A stretch of DNA of 64,000 bases, from positions 1 through 64,000 of IMG/VR virus record IMGVR_UViG_3300025875_000010; one strand, given 5' to 3'. This DNA is from a virus. Its lineage: Duplodnaviria > Caudoviricetes. Of this stretch, positions 1 through 8,455 are shown piece after piece; the stretch's first letter is position 1; every line of letters starts with the position of its first letter. The translations under genes and the position numbers were made by a program. A model generated the notes under the pieces. That model did not search any database. It worked only from the letters and a program-made list of their open reading frames with translations, and was not told the DNA's origin.

Positions 1-1523
1 TTCATTGTAACCGCCATGTCGACGTACTGATCCTTCTTGATTGACAAAAGGTCGGTACGGATTCCAACGGAGTTGAGATACTTCCTCATATCTTCGGAGC
101 GCCACTGGTCGAATGTAACCAAGCGTAGATTGAATCCCTTAGTCTGCAAGCTGATAATGTAGTCCTGAACCTCAGTAAAGTTGACTTCATTGCCCTTCTT
201 CGGCTCCCAAAAGCGCAAAGCATCTACCTTGACCTTGGGTGCCGCTGGCTTTAACTGACCCGTAACGTCCTTAATCGAAACCCAGCTATCAATGTGGGCC
301 AAGGCCACGGCACAGCGGTCGTGCTTCTGTGCAAGGTCAACGTGAACAAAGTACATTCTATCTGGGTCGGGCTTGAAATGCAACTTGAATTGACCAGCGT
401 CTGCACCCACCTCATTGCCCACGCCATTAGGGTAGTCAAACGCCTCTTCGATACGAGTTCTATCCTTGAAGAAAGCGTCAACAGCGTCGGGTGGCATGCA
501 AGCCAGACGACCCAATGCATCTGAATAGTCATTGACAAACTCAGAAACCTTTTCCTCTAGGGTAACGATAGGGTTTACGTCCCAGCAAGGTCGGCGCAAG
601 GCATAAATCTTTGGAGCCTCATACGCCTCGATGTGGTCCTCTTCCCACTCAATAGCAATCTCATTACCCTCGTAGCCGTCTGGAAGCTCAGGATCAATCT
701 TCATTATCTCCCGGCGCTTGACGACCTGCTTTGCCTTTACAGCACGATCATACAATTGCATCATGTAGTCACCCTTGAAACGAGGGAAAGACAGGCTGAT
801 GTACTTACCGTATGTAGCAAAGCGAGAGTTAACTGAGGCTCTGTACATCTTGTACAGACCATCAGCGGTCTTTCCTGTCTCACCCTTGGCTGATTCTAAC
901 GCGAAGGCTGCAATCTCGTCAAGAATTACTGCAAAAAGGTTTAGACCCTCGAAGGCTTCTCTTTCGGAGTGACCTGAGTACAGGTTAATGTTCTTTAGAA
1001 AGGAAACTTCCCCCTGACGCGCTGGCTCTCTCCCGGCACCGGTCTCATATCTTCCCTCAAACCAAGGAGACAAAGTAATGTAGTTCTTAAGCTTCTTAAA
1101 GAATACTCGGTTTGCCTGATCAGAGTTAACAGCAACATTCAATAGGTCAATGTTGTCATTCGATGGCTTGCCATAATATGCTGCCGGGTCCTTTAGGCAT
1201 AGCAACTGATAAACGATGTAAGTGAATGCCATGGCACTCATTTCGTCCTTACCGCTTCCCTTACCCAACATCAAGATAATTTCGTTATTAGTATACTTGC
1301 GATGCCAATTCTGAGCATACTCAGGGCTCTTATGTAGCAGCTCCAAAGTTTCTTTACGATAAATCTGTGTCATGTGCAGTAGGCATTCGCGCTGGATTGG
1401 AGACAGTTTCATCTTTCTACCGCCCAAATACATTGGGTCTTGCACAAAGGTATCAATGTCTACTGGAATCTCTTCAAATGGGCCATCATCCAGTACCGCT
1501 AGGAAGTCATCAAACCCGCTCAT
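1..1523 (-). CDS. terL: Terminase large subunit (partial, runs off the left edge; missing from the ORF track)
   Basis: Manual translation from ATG 1523: MSGFDDFLAVLDD...EIILMLGKGSGKD (Walker A)...LNVAVNSDQA...AVILDEIAAF (Walker B)...YFVHVDLAQKHDRCAVALAH (RNase H-like nuclease Asp). ATGA overlap with the upstream gene. Confidence 0.93.
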   Translation of the reverse strand, partial: MSGFDDFLAVLDDGPFEEIPVDIDTFVQDPMYLGGRKMKLSPIQRECLLHMTQIYRKETLELLHKSPEYAQNWHRKYTNNEIILMLGKGSGKDEMSAMAFTYIVYQLLCLKDPAAYYGKPSNDNIDLLNVAVNSDQANRVFFKKLKNYITLSPWFEGRYETGAGREPARQGEVSFLKNINLYSGHSEREAFEGLNLFAVILDEIAAFALESAKGETGKTADGLYKMYRASVNSRFATYGKYISLSFPRFKGDYMMQLYDRAVKAKQVVKRREIMKIDPELPDGYEGNEIAIEWEEDHIEAYEAPKIYALRRPCWDVNPIVTLEEKVSEFVNDYSDALGRLACMPPDAVDAFFKDRTRIEEAFDYPNGVGNEVGADAGQFKLHFKPDPDRMYFVHVDLAQKHDRCAVALAHIDSWVSIKDVTGQLKPAAPKVKVDALRFWEPKKGNEVNFTEVQDYIISLQTKGFNLRLVTFDQWRSEDMRKYLNSVGIRTDLLSIKKDQYVDMAVTM

Positions 1524-2065
1524 ACGTCAACCACCGTAATTGGTTCAACCTTTCCGGTTACGGCTGTCAACCTGCGAGCCACTTCCATCTTGCAGTGATT
1601 ACATGTAGAAGTTACTTCTCTCAGGATAGCAATTAGCTTCTCCTGCTTTTCTTCAAGTTCCGCCATTTCGTCACCAAGGGCGGCGTCAGAAAGTAATCCT
1701 GATTTCTGCAAAGTCTCAACACGCTTTGCCTGAACGTCTGCCAGGTTCTTTAGAGCAGCGTTCTTAATCTTCATTCCATCAATGGAATCAACATTGTCTG
1801 CCTCTTGAACCAAGTCCCAGTATTCGGTAATAATCCTATTGTAGTTACCGTCGAATTCGTGAACTACTTCCTGAGCACGCGCCCTTAAAAGCTCATCGTC
1901 CTTGGCTACTTCCTTGAACTCTTGAATGTAGTTAAGCACATCCTTGCGCTGCAAGCCGGTGTCTCGTGCAATGGCTGTAGGGTTTCGCCCCTCTAGGTGG
2001 AGGGTGACGACCTTATGCATTTCATTGTACCGGGCTTCTTCGGCCAGGATTAGTTCTTTTGCCAT
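1520..2065 (-). CDS. Probable terminase small subunit (N-terminal HTH, helical body)
   Basis: HTH-like GRNPTAIARDTGLQRKDV; directly upstream of and coupled to terL; has its own leaderless promoter. Confidence 0.65.
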   Translation of the reverse strand: MAKELILAEEARYNEMHKVVTLHLEGRNPTAIARDTGLQRKDVLNYIQEFKEVAKDDELLRARAQEVVHEFDGNYNRIITEYWDLVQEADNVDSIDGMKIKNAALKNLADVQAKRVETLQKSGLLSDAALGDEMAELEEKQEKLIAILREVTSTCNHCKMEVARRLTAVTGKVEPITVVDV

Positions 2066-2071
2066 GAATTG

Positions 2072-2100
2072 ATCATAATGGTTAAAGTGTCAAAAGTCAA
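2072..2100 (-). promoter_or_regulatory. Sigma-A-type promoter, leaderless
   Basis: TTGACT-N17-TATGAT-N6-ATG(2065). Confidence 0.75.
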
Positions 2101-2107
2101 ATCTTAG

Positions 2108-2215
2108 TCAACCAAGATACTCAATCATCCGTGCAAGGACTTCTTTTCGATCATTAACCATGCCCAAAGCTGTATTGCAATTATTGCAAATTATTCCTCT
2201 TACGCAATCTTTTTG
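2108..2215 (-). pseudogene. 5'-deleted remnant of an endonuclease VII-family gene
   Basis: Startless frame QKDCVRGIICNNCNTALGMVNDRKEVLARMIEYLG* matches the C-terminus of the intact EndoVII at 3092-3535 (GKCVRGLLCFSCNMALGYAQDNIERLENMIKYLSG). An in-frame TGA lies immediately upstream. Confidence 0.8.
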
Positions 2216-2232
2216 TCAAATTTTCTACTCGA

Positions 2233-2448
2233 CTAAGAACTGACTTTGACTCGTTCAATTTCTCGCTTGATGTACCATAGAGCCTTTTCAAGGTCCTGAA
2301 TTTCGTTTGCCTTGTTCTTTAGACCCGCGCGGGCGATGTACTTTACTGCATTGCCCCGATTGAAATTCATCTGCTCCGTTAGCTGAATAATTTCTATACC
2401 GTTATAAGCTGTGTAGTGCAAAGGATGATTTACTACGTCCTCTTCCAT
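2233..2448 (-). CDS. DUF3310-family protein
   Basis: VNHPLHYT...IEII...FNRGNAVKYIARAGLK...DLEKALWYI signature. Confidence 0.85.
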   Translation of the reverse strand: MEEDVVNHPLHYTAYNGIEIIQLTEQMNFNRGNAVKYIARAGLKNKANEIQDLEKALWYIKREIERVKVSS

Positions 2449-3095
2449 TACTTGTATGTCTCGCTTTCCTGTACGATGCTGATCTCTTGACCAGTAATGC
2501 TGACTAGTACATTTGGTCCCGGCCTTTGGGTGTACACGTTCATTTCACCGGCCTTGGCGTACTTGAATAGCTGGTTATCCCACTGATCTATTATGCCGTC
2601 GCGCTCAACTAGATCAAGGAACTTGTCGGCACCTTGCGGAGTCCAGAGCATTGACACCCCGCCATAACGCTGATACGCCCTACACACATGCTTACCCACC
2701 ATCATAGATTCATCGAACACGTGATCTTGGTCCCTAGGTAAGAACAAGGCGAAGGCGTCAGTGTCTCTTGGAAGCTCGCTCGTAATCGGCCAGAAGATAT
2801 CATTGAACAAAGGGTGTAGGATTGCGTCATCTTCAAAGGTGACTATTTGCTTACCGGGGTCCATCCACAAAGCATTGAGCACCGTGAGATAGATGCCTAG
2901 CTGACCCACCTTAATGTCGTCAGTGTTAATCTCAACGTGGTTTCTTTCAAGATTGTATTTTAGTATCTCTGGATTGCTGCCGTCGATGCCTCGTGTTCCG
3001 GAATACTTCCAGTGAAAGCTCTGATCAAGCTGCCTTCTGATTTCATCGGTGTACGCCTTGCGCCGGTCGTCAATGCTAAAGATTGTATAGTTCAT
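2448..3095 (-). CDS. Glycosyltransferase family 25-like
   Basis: RR...GIDG...GQLGIYLT...VTFEDDAIL...LPRDTD...WTPQGADKFL follows the GT25 (Lex2B/Lic2A) pattern with an EDD motif. Confidence 0.7.
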   Translation of the reverse strand: MNYTIFSIDDRRKAYTDEIRRQLDQSFHWKYSGTRGIDGSNPEILKYNLERNHVEINTDDIKVGQLGIYLTVLNALWMDPGKQIVTFEDDAILHPLFNDIFWPITSELPRDTDAFALFLPRDQDHVFDESMMVGKHVCRAYQRYGGVSMLWTPQGADKFLDLVERDGIIDQWDNQLFKYAKAGEMNVYTQRPGPNVLVSITGQEISIVQESETYK

Positions 3096-3535
3096 TTAAT
3101 TCCACTCAGGTACTTAATCATATTTTCTAATCTCTCTATGTTGTCTTGGGCGTATCCAAGTGCCATGTTGCAAGAAAAGCAAAGGAGACCCCGGACGCAC
3201 TTGCCACAAGTAAATTCGCCTGGGCAGCAAGAATGATCGTGGTCTACATGGAATGACTTGGTTGTCTCGGATGCAAGCGTATCACAGGTAGCGCAGGTAC
3301 CATTTTGAGCCGACAGCATGGTGTCGAACTGCTCTGATGTAATACCGTACCTTCGCTTTAGGTGATAATCTCTCTGCATCTGAGGCGTTCTCTTTTCAGG
3401 GTTCTTCTCCCGGTACTCCCGTGCGTATTCAGTTACACACGGCTTGCACCATCTGTGAAGCCCATCCTTATTTGCTTTCGCAGGTCCAAATGCCGAAGTC
3501 TCTTTGTCTTGCTTGCACCTTGTACATGTTTTCAT
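3092..3535 (-). CDS. Endonuclease VII-family (probable homing) endonuclease
   Basis: N-terminal CxxC...DG...CxxC; YGIT...QNGTCATC...HVDHDH...VRGLLCFSCNMALG. Confidence 0.9.
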   Translation of the reverse strand: MKTCTRCKQDKETSAFGPAKANKDGLHRWCKPCVTEYAREYREKNPEKRTPQMQRDYHLKRRYGITSEQFDTMLSAQNGTCATCDTLASETTKSFHVDHDHSCCPGEFTCGKCVRGLLCFSCNMALGYAQDNIERLENMIKYLSGIK

Positions 3536-3536
3536 A

Positions 3537-3570
3537 TTGACATCTTAAAACGTTTAACGTTAAATGTCAA
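3537..3570 (-). promoter_or_regulatory. Leaderless sigma-A promoter embedded in an inverted repeat
   Basis: Minus strand TTGACA(3570-3565)-N17-TAAGAT(3547-3542)-N6-ATG(3535). Plus strand reads TTGACAT...ATGTCAA, an inverted repeat. Confidence 0.8.
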
Positions 3571-3571
3571 A

Positions 3572-3709
3572 TTAACGAATGTTAAACTTCTTTAGGTACA
3601 CGTCTATAATCTGATAGCTAACCTGGCACTGCTTGGCAATTTCATCTATCGTCTTGCCTTGCTTGCGCTGTAGCGTTAGCCACTTCTTGCTGTGATACAG
3701 CTTACTCAC
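3572..3709 (-). CDS. Small HTH DNA-binding protein (45 aa; not in ORF track)
   Basis: GTG start; MSKLYHSKKWLTLQRKQGKTIDEIAKQCQVSYQIIDVYLKKFNIR. Confidence 0.75.
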   Translation of the reverse strand: MSKLYHSKKWLTLQRKQGKTIDEIAKQCQVSYQIIDVYLKKFNIR

Positions 3710-3908
3710 GAGACCCTGCCATTAGATGTGCATAAGCTTTCTGTAAGTCATCCATCAATTCCTCTATCAACTTGGGATTGCTAAACGAATGACCGGCCCA
3801 TAGCTGTAGATTTACCCTGGGCTCCTTGCCGTTCCAACCCGTTAGTACAACCGGCGCTGACTTAGCTGGGGTTCCGTTGAGGGGCCTCATAGCATTCCTG
3901 ACAGTCAA
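3702..3908 (-). CDS. Hypothetical protein
   Basis: Fits the tightly overlapping minus-strand operon. Confidence 0.55.
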   Translation of the reverse strand: MTVRNAMRPLNGTPAKSAPVVLTGWNGKEPRVNLQLWAGHSFSNPKLIEELMDDLQKAYAHLMAGSRE

Positions 3909-4051
3909 TTTTCCTTCCTAACTCCCTTGAATGGCTTACCGCCACGACGGATTCGCTCAAACCGTCCCTGTGATCGTGGTCGAGTGCCCCACATATCGAT
4001 TACAGCCTTGGCCGTCTCTCTCATTCCTCTCCCCATTGCGCTCTCAGGCAT
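3905..4051 (-). CDS. Hypothetical basic protein (48 aa, start MPESAM)
   Basis: ATG 4051 overlaps the upstream stop; the longer ORF-track start is unlikely. Confidence 0.5.
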   Translation of the reverse strand: MPESAMGRGMRETAKAVIDMWGTRPRSQGRFERIRRGGKPFKGVRKEN

Positions 4052-4235
4052 TACTAACCGCCTCTGCTGAGCCTCTAATGAACCTAACGTCCTTGGTTGA
4101 TTCAGATTCTTCGATGTAAATGCGGGGGCGGTCATCAGTCCAATTCACGTCCCAGGGGCAGGTTCTAATCTTGCCCCCGTCAGCCTGAACAACCCAGGCA
4201 CCATCCACAAACTTAGTATAGACTTGCTTTAACAT
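4044..4235 (-). CDS. Hypothetical protein
   Basis: TAATG-coupled to the RuvC-like gene. Confidence 0.55.
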   Translation of the reverse strand: MLKQVYTKFVDGAWVVQADGGKIRTCPWDVNWTDDRPRIYIEESESTKDVRFIRGSAEAVSNA

Positions 4236-4813
4236 TACTTCCTCCTAGTTAGTGTATTGTATGCATAATATGCAATGGCACATGCATCACCAACGTCATC
4301 GTCGGTAATGTTCATCTTCGGCCATTTTTCGTTAATGAAATTCATCGTGCGCTGCTTGCGAATCTCTCGCTTCTTAGAAGCATACCACGACGTAGATTTT
4401 CCTGGGAAGTCAACTTTTAGCTGAGCTATCTCTGCCCTAGTGAACGGTGGGTTGCCAATTGCACGCTGCCACTCAAGGGGGCTGACGTGTATTACCTTGG
4501 CGCGTCCGTGGAGTAGCTGGGCCAGCACGGCACCATAGACCAGGGACAGATCAATCGTCACCCGGACATTCTTGTTGTTCGCAAGAATAGCACCTTCCAT
4601 TGCGATGAAGTCAACGTCGAACTCGTGCATCAAAGCTCTAACCTTTTGTGATGCGTCCTTAAGACGCTCAAAAACTGTTGATCCTGTGAATAAGACCTTG
4701 CCCCACTTGACCGGCTTCCGGTTGTAGAACACACAAAAGGCTAGAGACTTAGTGCTACAGTCAATGCCCAAGACGCGGGATGCCTTGGACTTTTGTAAAT
4801 CTATGATGCTCAC
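4235..4813 (-). CDS. RuvC-like Holliday junction resolvase
   Basis: VLGIDCSTKSLAF, DFIAMEG and DDVGDACAIA acidic catalytic motifs; probable GTG start at 4813 (GTGA overlap). Confidence 0.8.
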   Translation of the reverse strand: MSIIDLQKSKASRVLGIDCSTKSLAFCVFYNRKPVKWGKVLFTGSTVFERLKDASQKVRALMHEFDVDFIAMEGAILANNKNVRVTIDLSLVYGAVLAQLLHGRAKVIHVSPLEWQRAIGNPPFTRAEIAQLKVDFPGKSTSWYASKKREIRKQRTMNFINEKWPKMNITDDDVGDACAIAYYAYNTLTRRK

Positions 4814-5118
4814 GCTACTCCTACTAGTTGCAATAATTCCATTCTGTTTACCGCTCGCTCCGCAAGGACACAGGACTGGCAAACATTTCCTTCATTATAA
4901 CGAGACAACGGTGTCAATTTACATTGTTTGCATAGTCTCTTTTTACCGGCCTTGCGGTCCTTCTTTTCGTAATACTGCTGCATGATCTTGGCATTGGTCA
5001 CAAGCTTGCAGCAATCCTTTGAGCAATACTTCTGATTATGACGGGTGGGGTTAAACTCCTTAGCACAATCTTGATTAGCGCAACTCTTACTTCCAGTTGT
5101 TGTTTCCATAATAACCAC
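4810..5118 (-). CDS. Cys-rich zinc-finger protein
   Basis: CANQDC...YCSKDC...CKQC...CQSC; GGAGG RBS 6 nt before GTG 5118. Confidence 0.7.
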   Translation of the reverse strand: MVIMETTTGSKSCANQDCAKEFNPTRHNQKYCSKDCCKLVTNAKIMQQYYEKKDRKAGKKRLCKQCKLTPLSRYNEGNVCQSCVLAERAVNRMELLQLVGVA

Positions 5119-5119
5119 T

Positions 5120-5659
5120 TTACACCTCCCCTCGGAGATATGCCGTAGCACTCTCCATGAGAGTCAGGTCATCGTCAAACAATCCTATTGCCTTGTTGCA
5201 TCTGCCGCAGAGCAGTCCCCGGACAGCTCCGGTCGTGTGGCAATGATCAACGGCTAACGAAATTCTTTCTATGCTTTCTGGTTGCTTGCAAATCTTGCAT
5301 AAACCCTGCTGGGCCTCATACATAACTTTGTAATCTTCAAGAGTTATGCCATAAGTCTTGATTAAGTTTCGATTCTTTCTGCAATCGGCGCAGTCCCATC
5401 GTAATCCATCAGTGGTACGGTATGAAAGAGCGAATTCTGCGGCAGACTTTAAAACCTTACAGTCTCCGCAAACCTTTTCATCTAGCACAACAATGTTAGA
5501 CTCCCTAAACAATGCCTTTTCAAGATTAACCTCAGAAACGCATTGCTTGCACCTTGTTGCTGGCCTTCCCCTGCTTGTCATGTAGAACTCGTCCCATAAC
5601 TTATCTTGTTTACATCTATTACATACTTTACTCCTTCCTGTCTGTACCTCTTCAATCAT
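5120..5659 (-). CDS. Endonuclease VII-family (probable homing) endonuclease
   Basis: Two CxxC-K-x-F...CxxC repeats, then YGITLEDY...QQGLCKIC...LAVDHCH...VRGLLCGRCNKAIG; start MIEEVQ (ATGA overlap). Confidence 0.9.
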   Translation of the reverse strand: MIEEVQTGRSKVCNRCKQDKLWDEFYMTSRGRPATRCKQCVSEVNLEKALFRESNIVVLDEKVCGDCKVLKSAAEFALSYRTTDGLRWDCADCRKNRNLIKTYGITLEDYKVMYEAQQGLCKICKQPESIERISLAVDHCHTTGAVRGLLCGRCNKAIGLFDDDLTLMESATAYLRGEV

Positions 5660-6462
5660 GGCGTTGGGACCTCCATAAGAGGGATTGTAATGTCGCCCTC
5701 TTGGTACTGGTCGAAGCAATCTTTTCTCACCGGGCAGTTGCGGCAAATCTTATTGCTTGGTTCCCCGGAATTTCTAGCTCTTGTGAAGGGAATGATAGGA
5801 AGCTGCCCATCATCAAATGCCTTCCTTGTTTCTTCAAGCCAGGCAAACACCTTGGTTATTATGGCCTCGTTGGCTTCGTTTAGTTCTACAGGAATCACTA
5901 GGTAGCTCTGGTCATTCTTATTGACGTAAAGCAAAAACCCTCTCCTTCTGCCTGTAGCCTTTAAGTAAATCAATAGCTGAATCAGGTGATTGGGTGAGGG
6001 CTTGCCACTGGCTTCCTTTAGAATGAAAGTCTCCTGGCGGGTTGTCTTAATCTCGCACACTAGCTCTTCGTCGTTCCAATTTACTACCGCGTCCAAGAAT
6101 CCTCGGATGGGCGGGTTTGTCATTGTGATTTCTGTCTCTTCTTCAATTACCAAGCCGGATGACTTCAATGCGGCCTGAATGTAATCATGAACCATGGAGC
6201 CTACGCCCATGTTGGCCACACCCATTGCATCTACTTCGTCCTGCCAGTCCGGTGTCCCGGTGAATGCCAAATACCAGTATCGGGCGCAGGTTCCATGCCC
6301 GTACCCGATTGTGCTTGGAGAGAAAGTCTTCTTTTGTGTGAACTCCTGAGCGGGCCTCCTCTGTGCGAGGAGGCCCTTCTCAATGGCTTCTGCTATTTCG
6401 GATGGATTCAGCCTGCCCTCAACGGACTTTAGCTTTAATCCTTTAATTACGCTACGACTCAT
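5656..6462 (-). CDS. Cas4-like PD-(D/E)xK exonuclease
   Basis: FSPSTIG...CARYWY, GFLDAVV...CEIKT, QLLIY, and C-terminal CRNCPVRKDC (Fe-S cysteines). Confidence 0.85.
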   Translation of the reverse strand: MSRSVIKGLKLKSVEGRLNPSEIAEAIEKGLLAQRRPAQEFTQKKTFSPSTIGYGHGTCARYWYLAFTGTPDWQDEVDAMGVANMGVGSMVHDYIQAALKSSGLVIEEETEITMTNPPIRGFLDAVVNWNDEELVCEIKTTRQETFILKEASGKPSPNHLIQLLIYLKATGRRRGFLLYVNKNDQSYLVIPVELNEANEAIITKVFAWLEETRKAFDDGQLPIIPFTRARNSGEPSNKICRNCPVRKDCFDQYQEGDITIPLMEVPTP

Positions 6463-6794
6463 GATTTAACCAGATACTTTAACGCATTGGACAACTTCTC
6501 TAGCTCAGCAGATAACGTCATCAATGTGTTCTTCTTTCTGGATTTTTCCTCCTTGGTTTCGTCTGTTCCGTACAGCATGTAATACTTAGCCATTAGTGCA
6601 AACTTTGTGCTTAATGCTTGCAATTTAACAACCAACGGCGCTGCTACGGAAGGTGGCACGCTGGGCTTAGCTATTAGCTTGATGACCGTTGCCATGGCTT
6701 CATCCACATCTTCGTCCATGAAGTACAGATGGATTTCGTTGAACTCGGTTACTTCCGAGACCATTTCCAATACTGTCTTTTCGTCTTCTTCCAT
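6459..6794 (-). CDS. Hypothetical helical protein
   Basis: Coupled ORF in the recombination operon. Confidence 0.65.
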   Translation of the reverse strand: MEEDEKTVLEMVSEVTEFNEIHLYFMDEDVDEAMATVIKLIAKPSVPPSVAAPLVVKLQALSTKFALMAKYYMLYGTDETKEEKSRKKNTLMTLSAELEKLSNALKYLVKS

Positions 6795-7156
6795 TATATC
6801 ACACTACTAGGTAGTTGTGCCTCTAATAGCAAAATGTATTCCTTCAAATCCTGAATCTGATCCTTCATGGCGAGGAAGTCACTCATACTGTGAACAACTA
6901 ATCGAATGACTTTATTCCCTTCGCCCAAGACTACCAGCAGCATAGGCTCCCTTTGACCGGCCCGGAAGGCGTCAGTTGAAGTCTTTGCCCATACATCTTG
7001 TGACAGTCCAAAGGTTTTACTGTATTCTTTAACGTCTACCATCCACGTGTCGTCAAGGATTCCGTCGCCCTTGTCGTGCTTACCGCGACCAGAATTCTTC
7101 TGTGGCACCGCGCCAATGCGCTTCAACTCATTTAGCTCGCTCTTTGCATCTGCCAT
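6794..7156 (-). CDS. Hjc-like PD-(D/E)xK Holliday junction resolvase
   Basis: E...NSGRG..KGDG...MVDVKEY nuclease pattern in 120 aa. Confidence 0.65.
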   Translation of the reverse strand: MADAKSELNELKRIGAVPQKNSGRGKHDKGDGILDDTWMVDVKEYSKTFGLSQDVWAKTSTDAFRAGQREPMLLVVLGEGNKVIRLVVHSMSDFLAMKDQIQDLKEYILLLEAQLPSSVI

Positions 7157-7362
7157 TACATGAAGCTCATTTTCTCAACGAGGCTGGTGTGACCATCAGC
7201 ACATTTGTAGACCAACACAGCATCGGCTGGGTAATACTTGCCACCCATGACAATTGCGTTACAGAAGTGACACATGTACATTCCCTCGGTGTCAATGCTT
7301 TCACCAAGTTCCTGATTCGCTTGTTCCTTCTGCTGCTTCTGGAACTTCTCCCAATTGCTCAT
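7156..7362 (-). CDS. Small zinc-ribbon protein
   Basis: CHFC...YKCADGH. Confidence 0.6.
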   Translation of the reverse strand: MSNWEKFQKQQKEQANQELGESIDTEGMYMCHFCNAIVMGGKYYPADAVLVYKCADGHTSLVEKMSFM

Positions 7363-8380
7363 CCTTAACCTCCCCTGTAGTCACCATTTCAACATCAGCC
7401 TTAACTCTTTCGAACAGGACTTCATCGTCCTTCAATGCTTGGACAAACTTGGTTGATCCATTCCACTGATCATCACCGTAATAAACCCAGGCTCCCGATG
7501 CACGAATCACACCAAACCTCTTGCCCATAGTGACTAACTCGTCAACATTATCAATTCCAATAAAGTCTCCGTCGTAGTAAAACTTGTAGGCAGATGCTCT
7601 ATTGGGTGGACCCATCTTATTCTTGACAACCTCAAATTTAACCTCCCGGCCAATTGGAAACTCATGAATTTTGTCTCCAATGAAAACATTGCCCTTAATC
7701 TGATAAGCCTCCTGCGGGGGGGCCTGCATCCTTACCATTACATTAGAGCTAAACTCTACAACCTTACCGTTGGTCGGCTTCTGAACCGGCCTCATTGAGT
7801 TAGTCATATCAGTACGAGTCTGACTGATCAAGACAACGGCGGTTCTCTCATTGTTATAATCAATGTCATTGAGCGCCACACCAGCGGAGCGGGATGCCGC
7901 ACCGATCTGCTTCTGACCATCGAAGTTATTACTCTCTCCCTTGTCATCAAGGAACTGCTCAGGCATTGTTTTAGAAATAGAATCCCATCCTAGGAAATCT
8001 AAGCCGTTCTTAAGCAGTGGTCTAACCTGATCGGTAATTGCGCCAAAGGACTTCTTCTTAATGAGAAGCAAGTTGTCGTTATCTACTCCAAGCTTGGCTG
8101 CCCAACCAGCATCATAACCCTCAACGGCCACAAAAGCACAAGTGCATCCCATCTTCTGTAGCTTGCCAATAGTAGTTAGTACCAGTGCGGTCTTGCTGCT
8201 GCTGTAGTTTCCATAAATTGTGGTGATAGAGCCTCGGGGGAACCCGCCGTTTGTGGCCCAGTTATATTCTAGACTGGCCGAAGGTAGCATTTGAGCATAC
8301 ACACCCTGAGCCATTTCAAATCTCTTAGCTGTCTTTGGATCAAGCTTCGCAAGCAAAGCATTCATTGCGTCGTTAGTCAA
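7301..8380 (-). CDS. recA: RecA/UvsX-like recombinase
   Basis: GGFPRGSITTIYG, KLGVD, WDSI, VVLISQTR, VVKNKMGPP and GAW motifs; TTG start; Walker A variant GNYSSSKT. Confidence 0.88.
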   Translation of the reverse strand: MTNDAMNALLAKLDPKTAKRFEMAQGVYAQMLPSASLEYNWATNGGFPRGSITTIYGNYSSSKTALVLTTIGKLQKMGCTCAFVAVEGYDAGWAAKLGVDNDNLLLIKKKSFGAITDQVRPLLKNGLDFLGWDSISKTMPEQFLDDKGESNNFDGQKQIGAASRSAGVALNDIDYNNERTAVVLISQTRTDMTNSMRPVQKPTNGKVVEFSSNVMVRMQAPPQEAYQIKGNVFIGDKIHEFPIGREVKFEVVKNKMGPPNRASAYKFYYDGDFIGIDNVDELVTMGKRFGVIRASGAWVYYGDDQWNGSTKFVQALKDDEVLFERVKADVEMVTTGEVKDEQLGEVPEAAEGTSESGTW

Positions 8381-8455
8381 TTGGTATCATCCTTTATATT
8401 ATTTAGTCCGCGTCTTTTCTATCCCGACACGCGGCCAGCCGGTACTACTAGTATA

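Noticed and set aside
3905-5746. ORF-track long starts (3905-4135, 4235-4882, 4810-5151, 5120-5746)
   Set aside because: They overlap upstream genes heavily; downstream coupled starts with RBS or stop/start overlap fit better.
5656-6462. Cas4-like gene as evidence of a CRISPR-Cas system
   Set aside because: No repeat-spacer array or other cas genes seen; solo Cas4-like nucleases are common in phage recombination modules.
7301-7362. 62-nt overlap of recA with the downstream zinc-ribbon gene as a frameshift error
   Set aside because: Both frames give plausible proteins and similar overlaps occur elsewhere (helicase, primase); there is no slippery site.
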